Counted from the stretch's first letter, positions 23,895 through 37,730 are shown. The stretch: DNA of 64,000 nt from Camelus ferus (GCF_009834535.1 NC_045697.1:51710001-51774000), one strand, 5' to 3'. The notes: a model not told the origin generated them from the sequence alone. A program made the numbers and translations.

Positions 23895-26800
23895 AGATTT
23901 GTTGAAGTAGAACTTAGATACAGTGAAATTCATCAATTTTAGGTGAATTATTTGATAAATTCTGACTATTGTATACAGTCATGATTTTTGAAAAGTCCCT
24001 CATGTGCCTTTGCAGTCAGTTGCTTCCAGCAACCACTGATCTGCTTTCTTTCACTATAATTTTACCTCTTTTAGAACTTTTTACAAATGAAATCATACAC
24101 TAGGTATTTTGATTGTGTGTGTATGTTTGGTTTCTTTCAATTATCAGAAAGCTTTTGAGCTTCAGCCATGTTATTGCTGAATCCATAATGTGTGTATTTT
24201 TATTGCAGAATACTATTCCACCATATGGATACACCAAAATTTGTTTATCATTCACTAGTCAAAAAAGACCTTTGGATTTAATTTTTTGGCTATTGCAAAT
24301 AAATCTGCTATGAACCTTAAGGTAAAAGTCTGTGTGTGGACAGGTTTGCACCTCATTTAAGTAAATAGTTAGAAGTAGAATTGCCAGATCATACAATAAG
24401 TGTATGTTTTAATTTTATAACAGACTGTCAAACTATTTTATGAACTGGCCTCACCATTTTTCATTGCTCATATCAAGGTAAGAGAGTTCCAGTTCCTCTA
24501 CATCCTTGCCAGCATTAGGTAATGCCAGGCTTTTAAATTTTAGTTGTTCTTCTGTGTGTGTAGGGATATCTCATTAAGATTTTGATAATTTTCATTGCTG
24601 TAATGACTGGTGACGTTGAGTATTTTCTCCATGTATGTATTTGTCATTCACATATCTTCCTTTTGAGATGTGTAAATCTTTTGTTGATTTTAAAAAACAG
24701 ATTGTCTTCCTGAGTTAAAAAATTCTTTTTCTATTCTGGATAATAATATTGTATTTTCTTCTGTGTGTAGCTAGCCTTTTCATTTTCTTAGTTTTTTTTT
24801 TTAAGAACAATTTTTAAAAATTGTGCATTCTAATTTTTTGATGTTTTCTTCTATATTCATGCTCTTTGTGTTCTATTTAAGAAATCCTTAACAAACTCAA
24901 AATGCTTTGTTTCCTAGAAATTTTGTAGTTTTGGTCTGTATAGTTAGTCTAATCTATTTAGACAGATCACTTCCACTTTATTTTTCAAAATTGCTTCAGC
25001 TATCCTAGTCTCTTTCCCTTTCTGTATAAATTTTAGAGTAATCTTGCCTGTATCTATTAAAACTCTTGCTTAGATTTTGATAGGAATTGTATTAAAATTG
25101 TATCAAAATTTGGGAAGAATTGATACCTTTGCTATGTTGAATCCTTCAATCCATGATCACAGTATATCTTTTTGTTTATTTAGATCTTCCTTGATTTCTT
25201 TCATGAGTATTATGGAGTCTTCAGCATATAAGTCCTGTGCATGTTTCCTTAGATTTAAACTTACTACTCATCTTTTTTTCCCTGAATGGTTGTAAATGGT
25301 GTTGTGTTTTTTGATTTTAGTGGCCACATGTTCATTACTTATAAAAATATACCTGTTTTGTGCATGTGTATCTTGTATAATGCTACCCTGGTCAACTTAC
25401 AGATCTATGAAGTGTTTTGGGGGGTAGATTCTTTGGAAAGTCCTACATAGACAACCATATCATCTGGAATTAGGGACAGTTTTATTTCTTCCTTTTTAAT
25501 CTTCATGTTTTTTAATGTCCTCTTCCTGTACTATGTTAAATAAGAATGCTCAGAACAGACGTCTTTGCCCTGTTCCCAATCTTAAAAGGAAAGCCTTGAG
25601 TCTTTCATTAACTATAATGTTATCGATAGATTTTTTTTTGAAGATACTGTTGATCAAATTGAGGAAGTTCCCTTCTATTCCTATTTTTCTCAACATTTTT
25701 ATCATAAATGGAGTTGAGTTTTGTCAGATGATTTTTATGTATCAATTGATATGATCATGTGATTTTTCTTTTTTAATACACTTAATGTGGTAGATTGCAT
25801 TGATTGATTTTCAATTTTGACCCAGCCTTGCATCCCTGGAATAAACCTCATTAGGTCATGTTGTATAATTTTTTATACTGTTACATTGTTGAATCCTATT
25901 TGTTGGTATTTTGTTAAGGATTTCTGCATCAGTATTCATAAAGAGTATTGATGTGGAGTATGCTTTTTCTTTTTACTGCCTTTGGTTTTGGTATCAAGGT
26001 AATATTAGCTTCATAAAATGAATCGGTAAGTGTTCCTTCCTCTTCTGTCTGCTAGAAGAGATTATACGGAATTGGTATTAATTCTTCTTTGCCCATTTGG
26101 TGGAATTCTCCAGTGAAGCCATTTGGGCCTGTAGATTCCTTTTTGGGAACAGAAGGATTTTCAAAGTTATGAATTTGATTGCCTTAATAGTCGTAGGACT
26201 ATTCAGGGTATCTATCTGATACTGGATGAGTTGTAATAGTTTCTGGGTTTTTTTTTTTAAAGTAGTTTATTTTGTCTGACTTGTCAAATTTATGTTTATG
26301 GAGTTCATTGTATTCCCTTATTATCCTTTTGATGTCTGTAGGGTCTTGAATGAATCTCCTGTTTCATTCCAGATATTAGTAAGTTGTGTCTTCTCTTTTA
26401 TTTAATTTCAGTCTTGCTAGAGACTTGTCAATTTTATTTAAGTTTTTCAGTAATCAGCTCTTTGTTTCATTGATATTCTCTTTTCATTTCACTGATTTCT
26501 ACTCTATTATTTCCTTCCTTTTACTTGCTTTGGGTTTCTTTCACTCTTTTTATCCTCTATGTTCTTCAAGTGGAGCTTAAAATTACTGATTAGAGACTTT
26601 TCCTCTTTTCTAATGTATTCATTTCATACTATAAATTTCCCAATCTGTGCTACTTTAGCTGAGTCCCATAAATTTTGATATGTTGTATATTCATTCATTT
26701 AATTTTTTAAAATTTCCCTGGAGAATTCCTCTTTGATTCATGAGTTATTTTAAATGGTTGTTTAATTTCGAAGTGTTGGGGGAATATTCCTATTGTTTTG

Positions 26801-28014
26801 ATTCCATTAGTTTTATTCCATTGTAGTCAGAGAACACAGTCTGATTTCAATTATATTAAATTGGTTGGGATTTTTTATGGAGTACAGTATGGTCTGTTTG
26901 TCTGTGGGCTCATGAAGGTACGTGTATTTTTCTGTTCTTGGGTGGGATGTTGTACAAACATTGATTAGACACTGTTGGTTGATGGTGTTGTTGAATTCTT
27001 CCATATCCTTGCTGGTTTTCTGTCTAGTAGTTCTGTCAGTTCTTGCAAGAGACATGTTGAAGACACCAGCTATAATCGTGGATTTGTCTATTTCTCCTTT
27101 CAATTCTGTCAGTTTTTGTCCAACCTATTTTGCAGCTCTATTATTTGGTTCATATACATAAGATTCCTATGTATTCTTGGTGGACCGACGATTATTATTA
27201 TATAATATCTCTTTCTGTGTCTGGTAATTTTCTTTGCTCTAAGGTCGATCTTATCTGATATTATTGTAGCCAGTTGTGATTTGCTTTGATGTTTAACTGA
27301 CATATCTTTTTTCATTCTTTTACTTTGATCTTGCTTATATTATTACATTTGAAGTGAGTTTGTAGATAGATTGTAGTTAGCATATAGCTTGGTCATATGG
27401 CAAGAGAGAGGATGCTTCATTACTTCTGGGCAGAGGGTGGGAGTTTTGGCTCTCCATGTGATCTCCACTGATAACACAAGGGACTGGGGCAGGGCTGGTT
27501 ACCGACTGGTGGGGATGAAAGTTCCAGCTCCCCACTTGGCTTGCTGCCACACATCAGCTAGAGTGTTGGGGTGGCTCATAATAGCATTGAGAAGAGTGGA
27601 AGGCTCTTCATCTTGGCCAGTGCTGGTGTGGTGTGGGTGGGGCCACTGTTTTTTTCTGTGGTGTTTGGCTGAAGTAGAGATGTTATTGTCTAAGGTTTTC
27701 TATCTTCTGAGGCTGGCCCTTTCCTGTCCTTTGGCTAAAGAGATCAGTCTTTTGTTGGAGCTTTTGTGTTTTGTCTGTGCCTGTTGTTATTTCTTACTTG
27801 CCAGCTTTTTCCTCTCCAAGTCTGGAGTATATGAGGCAAAAAGACAACCCAGCATCTCACCATGGGTCCTGAGGTCTCTAGCCAGTATCTCTTCCCTTCA
27901 CCTTTAGACCTTATGTTTGCTGTATATATGATGTCCGGGGTATTCAGTTGTACTTAGTGGCAGGAATCCCTAGTTGGAGAATAGGTCTACCCTACTTTCC
28001 TGGGTATGGAAGTC
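23895..28014 (-). mobile_element. Ancient L1 (L1M-type): 3'UTR, decayed ORF2 including endonuclease remnants, and 5' end; internally deleted
   Basis: ORF track 26813..27103 (KGEIDKSTIIAGVFN..DRTTRQK..NNTINQ) and 27109..27315 (IISDKIDLRAKKITR) are L1 ORF2 EN-domain motifs; 3'UTR near 23900-24450; 27390-28014 resembles an L1M 5' end. Confidence 0.88.
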
Positions 28015-29234
28015 CATAATCTGCATTCAAACAAGATTTCTGAGATCTGTAGCTTCAGGTACACATGTTAAATAGCAAAGCTTGTGTAAGTTAGTTACCA
28101 TTATTTTTGTTAATCTTGACATTTCATTCTTTTTAGGAGTTTGGAAATGGAGTACCAAGTTACCTTTGTTGGAAATTTTGCTTTACTGGACTTCATGCTA
28201 ATTTTTAGATGAACGTCTCCTTCACTCATATTCACGATTATAAAATATTACAATTAGGTTTGAGGCAACTCAGATTTACCAATGTCTTAACATGAAACGA
28301 ATCGGTAGTAAAAGTTTCCTGAGGCGCTTAAGGCATTCTACAGCATGAGCTATTTATAAATAATTACTTTTACCCTTCATCTTGACTGTCTTTTGTGTGG
28401 CATATCCAATAATTATTACCACAAGAGCACTTGCTAATACAATTCTGATTTTTCTGTTATACACATTGGGGATTCAGTAGAACTGCAGAGTGACGTAAGC
28501 AATACTTCCCCTGGATGGAATCCAGTTTTTATACCTTCTTTTCAAATATTTGTTGGGAAACGGAAAAGATGACATTGTTAGATTCTTAACTTCAAAGAGA
28601 TTTATAACATGATCTAGTAGGTTAATTAGCCTGTTTCGGTGAAAACAGTAAGAAAACAATATGCTTTTCATGGAAACAAAAATTTATGAGTCACTTTTAA
28701 GTTCAAAAGCACTGTTTATGTGCCCTTAATATACTGTATAAACCTACAGTGAATTGCTTTGCATGCTGTTAAAAGATATTTCACTAGGGATCTTTCCGTA
28801 TTTGGCAGGTATTCTGCAGGAACAGAGGCTAACATTTTATTTTCAGAAGAAAAATGATCAGTATGTAGTTTGTTTTTTATAGGCTTCTTTTCTCCTATGG
28901 GGCATGAAATTTTGGCCTTGACAAAAACAAGAGATGTAGTGGAATTGAGAATGTATGAATATCAGAATATTTACAAAAACAGTTTTACTTTTTCTATTTG
29001 CCATTTGTATTGTCAAGTCCCATCTCATTTTTTCCTGGACCAAGATTTCCAGATGTGAAGTAATATCACTTTCAAGACCTCAGTTCTCATTTCTAGGTCT
29101 TCCTTGAATTTATCTTAGGAATTTAAAGTATCTGCTTTATGTTGCATAATTTTTGACATTCCAGCTTCAGACTGAGGGAGGAGTGATCTCTACTGATAGC
29201 CTTCTTCAGTGGGGGGATCTTGGTTTCTCTAAGA

Positions 29235-30636
29235 TAGTGGTTCTCAAACTTTCTGACCTTGGAACTCTTATAGTCTGAAAAATTATTGAAAACTTCAAAG
29301 AGATTTTGCTTATATAGATTACGTCTGTCTACATTTAGCAGATCAGAAATTAAAGCTGAGAAAATGTTACAATATTGATTTATTAATGTATTTAAAATAA
29401 CAACACTAAACCCATTATGTGTTAACATAAAAAACTTTTTATGCAAAAGAGATGTATTTTCAAAAAAAAAATAGAAGGATGGCATTAGTTTTCATTTTCC
29501 CAAACCTCTTTAATATCTGGCTTAATAGAAGTCTGCTAGGTTTTCATATCTGCTTTTGTATTTTCATAGGTTGGTTTTGGTTGAAGTATGTGAAAAAAGT
29601 TTGATTTTATGAACAAATGCAGTTGGAAAAGAAAGTATTTTAATAGCCTTTTCAGATAATTAAGGATCTTATTTTATCCTGTCCTAAAATTTAACAAACG
29701 GTAACATTTTAAGGGTTAGTTGCAGCGTGGAATCTGAAACCATATCAAGTATTTTTGTACTCTGTTACATTAAAATCCATGTTGTTCTTCCAGTGGATCA
29801 TTTAGCCGTGTATGATTTTGTAATTTCATGCGTTGGTCGTTTGGAAAATATTGGTTCACTGAGTTATGAGATATTACAATATCAACATTTGTTAATATAT
29901 TCCCAGATAGAATCAGAAAAAAAGTCTTTTAGGGTTGGGTTGTTGTCAGGCATACAGTGGAAGATACAAGTACTCCACAATTCTAATTTTCATTGGAAAG
30001 CTTGAATTTTATCGTTGGCAGCAAATCATGTCAGTTGTTTTCCTTGAAGAGGCAGGCTTGCTTTATTCATTTTCAAGATGTTTGCCAAATACCCAAGTTT
30101 GAATAACCATAATTTATTTTAGTTGTTATTTCAAGTGAGAATGATGTTCCCTGAAAAAAAAGTGGCTAGTTCAAGTCACACCTCAAACAATAGTGCGTAA
30201 GTGATCTTCCTTGCGGTCTCCCTTATATTTTGATATGTGATAGAAGTGTGATTATGGTTGTGTACTTCCCACTGTGTCACAGAATATTTAAAGTTTTGTG
30301 CTTAAGGCTAAAGATTTAATAAAATGTGTTACTGCTTTCTCAGGACGTTGTTAAGTTCAACTGGCCTTTTGAAAATTATTGTGATTACTGTAGGTGTTGG
30401 TGATAAGGAGCATCGTGGCAGCCAGCACAGTGGGGACTCGATGCCTAGAGTCATGCTCAGGTGCCAGAAGTTTCACTCACCATTGCTTTTGCACCATCAG
30501 AGCAAATGTCAACACAGTGAAAAGGCAAAAACATCTGCATATTAAGGTGAAACTAGTTTTGACCTTGCAGAACCCCTTTAAGAGAATGGGTCTCAGCATC
30601 CCCAGGGATTCACAGACCAACCTTGGAGAACCACTG
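29235..30636. mobile_element. Charlie1a-like hAT DNA transposon with both termini
   Basis: TIRs tagtggttctcaaa / ttggagaaccactg; 8-bp TSD ctctaaga / ctctaaat (6/8); ~1.4 kb. Confidence 0.88.
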
Positions 30637-31119
30637 CTCTAAATCATGGATGTATAGGATAATGTATGTCATTGTTAAAAATGCTTACTGTTATATATAT
30701 TTTTTCATCTTTTTATTCTTTGAAATTTAAAGGAACTTCTAAAAATTAGTCCTGGTTATCCTCTAGTCTGAGAAGTAGGTGGCAATTAGAGTATGTGTCC
30801 GAGAGGTGGAGAAATCCAGTCAGTGTGGCTAAGCCACTTTGCCTGTGGCCAGGCACAGAGTGACAGGATATGCCGAAAGGACTGGAATCCTGATTCAGAA
30901 TGAAACCAGCATGAGAGCCAGTATCTGCCTAGTGATATTGAATGTGACCTGAAACCAACTTGCTCTTCTTATCATGTATGCAAATTTGAAGTCTTCCCTG
31001 AGAGAGTGTCTCCAAATATATGGCACACTGAGAATATTTGAAAGAGGCAGACCTGAGAAACTTGTGTGCGCTTACCATTGAGATGTGAGGACTAAGACAG
31101 CAGTAAGGAGGGAGGGAAG

Positions 31120-31310
31120 CAGATTTCTTCATGAACTCATGCGTGCCAGGTGCTGTGCAAGTCACTGAACGTGTGTTACCTCATGACAGACCTGTGAAGT
31201 CGCTATTATCAGACTCGTTCTAGAGATGATGCAGTGGCGCTTATGATGTGAAACAGCTAGCCTGGGACAGCATTGCTCCCATGGGTTGGAGCTGGAATTC
31301 AGACGATCTC
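31120..31310 (-). mobile_element. MIR SINE
   Basis: gtgccaggtgctgtgcaag..cctgtgaagt..tattatc..agagatga..ggagctggaattca. Confidence 0.65.
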
Positions 31311-31417
31311 TTTTCACTATAATGTGGCGTGCTCACATCAGTGCTCACGAGGCTCTTGGATGACACTGCTAACTGGTTAGTAGCTACTCTTGTCTTCTAA
31401 GCACATTTCTGAATATA

Positions 31418-31739
31418 CAGTCAGCTCTCTATAGCCACAGGTTCTGTATCCACTGATCCAACCAACTGTGAATAGAAAATATCCTGAAACAATTCCAGAA
31501 AGTTCCCAAAAGCAAAACTCAAATATGCTATGTGTTGACAACTATTTACATAGCATTTGTATTGTATTAGGTATTAAAGTAATCTAGAGATGATTACTCA
31601 TCTCTATATGGGAGGGTGTGCATAGGCTATATACAAATACTATGTTTTATATAAGGGACTTGAGCATCCTTGGATTTGGGTATCTGCGCGGTGGGCGGAG
31701 GTGCTGGGACCAGTCTCCCTGGATACCAAGGGATGACTG
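31418..31739. mobile_element. MER2-family (TcMar-Tigger) MITE, full length
   Basis: TA|cagtcagctctc ... gataccaagggatgactg termini; core acaactatttacatagcatt..gtattaggtatt..aagtaatctagagatgatt. Confidence 0.88.
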
Positions 31740-32949
31740 TTCATTTACACCCTTCAGGCTTAGTTTTTACCTTTCTGGGAAAAACAAACACAGTTTTGTA
31801 TTCATTCACCCACTAGGGGGGGCAAGAGTGCTAACTTGTTATTTGGTAATAATTGATGAGTAGGGTTTAATTATATGATTACAGTATAGTTTATAATTGT
31901 ATGTACTGTAGGATATTGTATATGAAAAATTCTGATTGATTATCTAACAATTATTCCTGGTAAGAAAGATGCTGTGCTGTCTTCTTATTGAAACTGAGGA
32001 GACTGCTTTCCCTCTAAATATGAAAAATAAACAAGGTATAGCTTAAATTAGAAGTGTGTCTGTCAGTTGAAGGGAGGGATCATGTGATGGGGTTGGCAAA
32101 ATCAGCCATGAACCAAGTCAGGAGGATTCAAATTCTAATCTCGTTTGTTTGTTTTAATACATGCAAAATTCAACACTGTTAGTTTAACTTCATTATGATC
32201 TGTTTAATGGAGTGGTGTCTGAAAGAAATAATAAGATTTTTCTAAGACATTATTTAAGCCCTAATGGAAAGTATTACATGCCTTATGGTATTTGGATAAT
32301 GCTTTTCTTAACCATTATTTCTTATTCCATTTAAATATGGCTAGGTATAGAGTACCTCTTAAAATAAGTGATATATCCAGCTCCTCATTTATATAATTGC
32401 CATGTGGGTAGTTTACAGTAAAATTATGAAGTACTTTAAAAAATGAAAACTGTGAACTGTGAAATAATTGCATGATATTTGCCATCAATTTATTTGTATT
32501 TGGAAATAAATTTGGCTATTGTCCCTTAAGACTCCTGTAAGACTTTGGATGATGATTACTGTGGAAAAAAATTATCAATTTCATGAACATCATAACCATG
32601 ATAATAGAGAAACTTTACCAACCAGATTCTTATCTGTATGCCACGTGTATTTTTCGGTTGAGTAAGGGTTTGTAAATGAGGTGATCTAAAATAGTTTATT
32701 ATTTGAATATTTTTAGATACAGTGAAGATTTTCTTGAGCTCTACATAAAGAGTTTTTTTCAAACTCTGAAAATCTCTGAAGGATTAAAAAAATAATATAT
32801 CTTTACATGATTCTGATTTTGAGGAGGTGTAGATGTTGGAGCAAAATGGGCCTGGGATCATAATCTTCTTTGCTCCGAGAATATAGGCCATGTGATGTTG
32901 AGACGTAGTTTAATATCTTTGAATGTTAGAATGTGATTGGACTGTGGGT

Positions 32950-34240
32950 TGCAGTGGGGTGATAACCACTGAGGAAACAAGGATGAGTCATGAGTTGTCC
33001 TATTTTCAAGGATGGCAGTCTAGTGGGGGTGCTGTACCAGTAAGTGAAGAATTACAATGAGATGTGATGAGGTAAAGTGATGCAGACTGACTACTATGGC
33101 ATCACCTAGAGGGACACCAACTCAGTCTGGGACACACGCCATGAGGATGCTTCAGAGGAGGTAAGACTTGAAGCTATAGGACAAGTAGGTATAGAATGTA
33201 GAAAGCTGGAAGGAAGGAAAGTTTTTAAGCAGAGGAAATAGCATGGGACAAATCATGGTGGAAGAGGCTAGTATGAATTTTTAAATTGTGAGAATATAGA
33301 GTAAAAATGGGATAATGCAAGAGAGTACGTTGGAGATCTACAGTGGGGCTGACACCAGTGTATCCTGAGTGTATATTAGTAAGTGTGGAACTTCTTTCAA
33401 TGATAGGAAGCCATTCATTGCATTTGTATAAGGCGTGATGTGGTCTTGTGTTTTAGGAGGATCACTGGCACGGCGCTGGGGAGAAGTCAGAAGTAGATCC
33501 AGTGGGAAGTGATGTGTCCTGAGATAAGGCTGTAGTAGTGACACTCGAGATGGGGGTCGGCAGATGCCATGGGTAATAGCTATGTATCGGATTAACAGGA
33601 GGGAGTGAAATCAGGAGGTTTGTAGGGGGTTGAATCTGCTGACTGGGCAATTGGAAATGGGTCCTGAAGAGGCTGAAGGGAGGAGGCCTAGGGTGACTCT
33701 TAGGCTGCAGGTTTGGGTGACTGTTTGGAAGAGAGAAGCAAGCTTTTTTGAGGGGCGGGCTTGAGCTGGGAGTGAAGATTCAAACAGAATGAAACACAGC
33801 CTTGTTTGAGTACTTTTAATGTACCAGGGATACAGTAAGATTTTTAACAATATGTAATTATCTCAGTATCCACTGAGGTAGTACCATCTGTAATGGACAG
33901 ATGAGGAAGCAGGTTCAGAAAGCACGTATCTGACCTCAGATCATGTAGCTGGAAGTGCTGGAACTTGGAACAAAGTCTAGGTTTATCTGACCCTAAAGTA
34001 CAACGTTTTCCCACTCGGTTATTTTGGGAATCATCACATAGAGCTATAGTTGAAGCGATGGGAATAAATGAAAATGTTCAGGAAGAGTATCTAGACAGAG
34101 AAGAGACAATGGTCAAAGATAGAACTTGGGCAGATAACATTAGGTTTAATGCAGCCCACCAGGAATATATAGAAAGTGCAGCCAGGGAGTAGGTAGAGGG
34201 TAACTAGAAAAAGCATTGTGTCCAAGGCAAAAACATCAGA
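32950..34240 (-). mobile_element. Degenerate L2 interrupted by a MIR
   Basis: cagtctagtgggg; aattacaatgagatgtgatga; ttttaggaggatcactggca; resumes atttgggaatcatc..gttgaagcgatggga. Confidence 0.7.
33860..34015 (-). mobile_element. MIR SINE nested in L2
   Basis: acagatgaggaagcaggttcagaaag..gatcatgtagctggaagtg..tctgaccctaaag. Confidence 0.7.
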
Positions 34241-34953
34241 ATCATCCTTCAAGGCTCTCATTCCTTCTCATCCAACACCTCCTGTCCACCAGCAAATTCT
34301 GCTGGCACTGCCTTCAGAATATATCCAGAATCTGACCATGTCTTCCTGTCCAAGCCACTCAGATTTCCTATGCTCTAACTGGATTTCCTACATCTGTGCT
34401 TGGTCCCATACCATCCTTTCTCCACCCGGTAGTCAGACTGAAACTTTCAAAATACAGATCAGGTTGTCACTCCTCTGCTTAGGACCATCCAGCGGTCTTC
34501 CTTGTTATTCAGAAGGTAATCCAAACTACCACAGCTCACAAGGCAGCCACGACCCTGCCCCAGGCTACCTCTCTAATTTCTATGTTGTCCGCCAGGCCAC
34601 ACTGCCAGCCACAAGCCAGGTCTGCTCCCATCTCGACCTCTCCACTGACTACCTGCCTAGAATACTTTTCCAGCAGAGCTCTGTCAGTTCATCAAAGAGA
34701 CCTTCCCCAACCAACCAGTCTGAAGTGGCACCTTCGATCATGATATTCCACTTCCTCTTTCTCGTTTTCTTCATAGAAGTTTTCATCACTGGACATATTA
34801 AGCTGGCTTGTTTGCTTTGTGTTAATTGCCCTTAGAGTCTCCGCCCTATGCCCAAGCTTCATGAACGTAGAGATTTTGCTTTTTGTTGTTGACTCCTGTA
34901 TCCCTAACATCTCAAATACAGTAAATACTCAAAAAAATTTGGATGAATGAATT
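34241..34953 (+). mobile_element. L2 3' region
   Basis: cagcaaattctg..ccttcagaatatatccagaatctgacca..aagcttcatga..atgaatgaat. Confidence 0.8.
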
Positions 34954-35574
34954 CAGCCAGACTTACTTTTAAAAACAAGTAAATCAGATCGTGACCCCCA
35001 CCCGTGTATAACCCTCCCCTCCCAGTGGTCTCCCATTACCCCTGGAATAAAATCCAAACTCCTTTCTGTGGTCTACAGGCCTTTCATGATCTGGACCTTG
35101 GCTGAGACTGACCCTGAGTCTTGCCACTTCGCCCTGGCTGACTATATGCCAGCCGCTTTGGCCTTCTTGTTCTTCCTGGAACTTGCTAAGCTCATTTCTT
35201 CCTCTTGCTGCTCCTTCTGCCAGCCACTCCTTCTACATGGTTGGCTCCTTTTGATCCTTCAGATCTTTGCTCAAGTATTACTTCTGCAAAACGGCCTCCC
35301 TACACTATCCTTCTCTTAAAACAGTCCTCCCAATACTTGGGCTTCCACCTCAGCTCTTCCCAGGACTCGGGCTAATTTTTATCATTGTAATTGTCACTGA
35401 CTAAGCAATAGTATTCTTTTATTTACTTGTTAATATTCTTTCTCCCAACCTGGGTTGTAAATTTCATGAGGATGAGGGCTTTTTCTGTCTCATTTTCTAT
35501 CATATTCCCAACACCTAGAGAACACTGCTTGGAACATCCTAGATGCCCAGTACTTAAGAGGATGAATGAATGAA
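34954..35574 (+). mobile_element. Second L2 3' region, tandem to the previous one
   Basis: ggaataaaatccaaactcctt..ggtctacaggcctttcatgatctgg..gatgaatgaatgaa. Confidence 0.8.
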
Positions 35575-37429
35575 ATACTTCTCCCACTCCTGTGAGGGTG
35601 GCTCATTGTTACCATGGATACTTGAATCCTCTTTTGGTGACACACAGTTTAAATAAATGCCTGAAACTTCTAGGATGAAGGTTATGAAGTTTAAGCATTA
35701 AGTAATGAGACTGCCTTTCCAAACTGGCTCATGGAATTCTGGTACATCACTTTATAGAGATTCTTTGTGCACATTCTTGGGAACACAAATCTCTCAAGTG
35801 TTCACGATTTGTAATTTTTCTTTTTTTAGTTGTTGCCAAAAGTATTTGACTGAATTAGATTGCTGGTTCCTCAAGGAGACTGAATGCCATATTCTCTTTT
35901 GTATCTCTAGTGCCTTACCCAGAGTTCAGCACAGAGTAGACGTAGATAGTCCACAAATGTTCATCAATAGTAATTTTTAAAATTTACATTTAAAAATTTA
36001 GAATTTCCTGTAAAATATTTTCAGTGTTTTTAGGTTTCAGAACTGAGCCTCCCCTCCACCATCTCTAAGAAGCTTAACCTTTAAGAAATATTTGGCTACT
36101 GACAAACTGTAGAAAAGGAATGAAGGAGGGCTATCCCATACTAAATTTAACTTCTGTCCACCAAGCTGGAGTAACAGAGGGGACCTATAATCATTTATTC
36201 ACCTCCTGTAAACTCCCTATTTGGATGAGGTCGGGGTGGAGGCAGGGAAGGGCTCTGTGGCCCAGCATCCTTCTTTACTCTTATTTTCTTTCTGATAAAA
36301 CAGCCAGTGTTCAGTGTGGCTCCCAACGTTTTGGTTTGGGGATTAAAAAAGTGAGCAGCAGGTAGCTGTGACGCAGGTTTTGCATAGTCACTGAGCTGCA
36401 CACACCTTAAGCCAACATAACCAGTGAAAGGTGGCAGTGTTTGAACTGAATCTACGCTTTTTAGATGGGGCAGCACCTTTTCCATAAAAGCACGTTTATA
36501 CCGACTCCTTAAGAAGTTTAGACTGGAGGGTTGTCTCCAGAAACTTGCCCCCCTTCTGCCAAGCCCCATTTGTTTGTCTTGGCAGCCTGGCTGTGTCTGC
36601 TTGGCTGGTGCTAATGCTGGGATGTGAAATTGATGAAACACAGAGCTCTTGATCCTTTTCAGTGAGGCTTCTATTTGGTTAATGGCAGGGTACAGCTCTT
36701 TGCTGCTAGCCACCTGTAACTGGCCAAGTTTAAAAAAAATATAGGTGCAGAGATATGGAAGAGGAAATTTTTCTTTAAAAAAAATCTTACCAACTACTTC
36801 AGTTTTTGTTTGTTTGCCTGTTTTAATATCCAAAATAGGTTTAAAAACACTGAAAAAGACAATAAGAAAAAATATCACCTAAGTCTCAGTACTTTCTTTG
36901 GACAGAAGCAGTGGAGAATGGATACTCTTGTTGGGAGAGGCATGGAGAATGGAGACTCTTGTAATGTAGTTAGGGATTTGGGGACCTGTGGGAAGATATT
37001 TCATTACCATAATTAACCTTGCTCTTCATCATGACTTTTTTCTTACCCTTTCTTTGGTCTAGATAGGATTGTATTTTTCTTCAGATGATTGCAATATGTG
37101 ATTCTACTTGGCAAAAATAGTCAAGCATAGGTAAGCTGACCAAAATATGAAGAGGTTTGACTTTTTGAGAATTTGGGCATTTCACAGCCAGGGACCAACT
37201 GTGCCTGTGTGAAATGCACCCATGTTGGTATGGTGCACTTGGGATCAGGCCAGCTTTGGCCTTCATGGCTGTTCCTTGTTCCAGAAGGCTTGGGCCGTGA
37301 CTAGACTTTTCAGGACTGACAGCACAGAAGGGAAACGAGTCTAAATCATCCCTCTGGTTTCTGTTTCTCCAGAGGGATTTGAACCAGTGCTGATGTTGTT
37401 ACAGGTGTTGATAGTTCCCGAAGGTTGGG

Positions 37430-37730
37430 GACTTCATCACTCCCTCACTCAATTCAGGCTTCTGCTCAAACCTCCCACCTCTCAGAAGAGTCAAAACAGC
37501 AAGCCCCCTCCCCAGTCACTGTTTAACCGCTTCCTTGCTTTATGTTTTCGTAGCAGTTATCATGATCTGAAATGACACATTTTTTAAAAATGTTGTATCT
37601 CAACTGCAGCGTGAGTTCTCTGAGGGGAGGGATTATTTTCTTACTCACTGCTTAACCCTCAGTGCTCGGAACAGAAGTCCAGCGTATAGTAAGTGCATGA
37701 TAAACGTGTGTTGAATGACTGAATAAATAA
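37430..37730 (+). mobile_element. L2 3' end
   Basis: ttcaggcttctgctcaaa..gtgagttctctgaggggaggga..tagtaagtgc..tgttgaatgactgaat. Confidence 0.75.

Noticed and set aside
27389..27907. 172-aa hydrophobic plus-strand ORF
   Set aside because: Antisense reading of an old L1 5' region
29123..30642. Possible transposase ORFs in the Charlie element
   Set aside because: Only short ORFs without recognisable hAT transposase motifs; non-autonomous fossil
34218..34835. 205-aa plus-strand ORF
   Set aside because: Lies within a decayed L2 3' region
36379..36400. TTGCATAGTCAC resembling the miR-153 5' end
   Set aside because: Only 12 nt match; the rest diverges and no hairpin partner is visible
36195..36878. 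Longest ORF (227 aa, minus strand)
   Set aside because: No ATG start, no recognisable domain, no exon signals; consistent with chance
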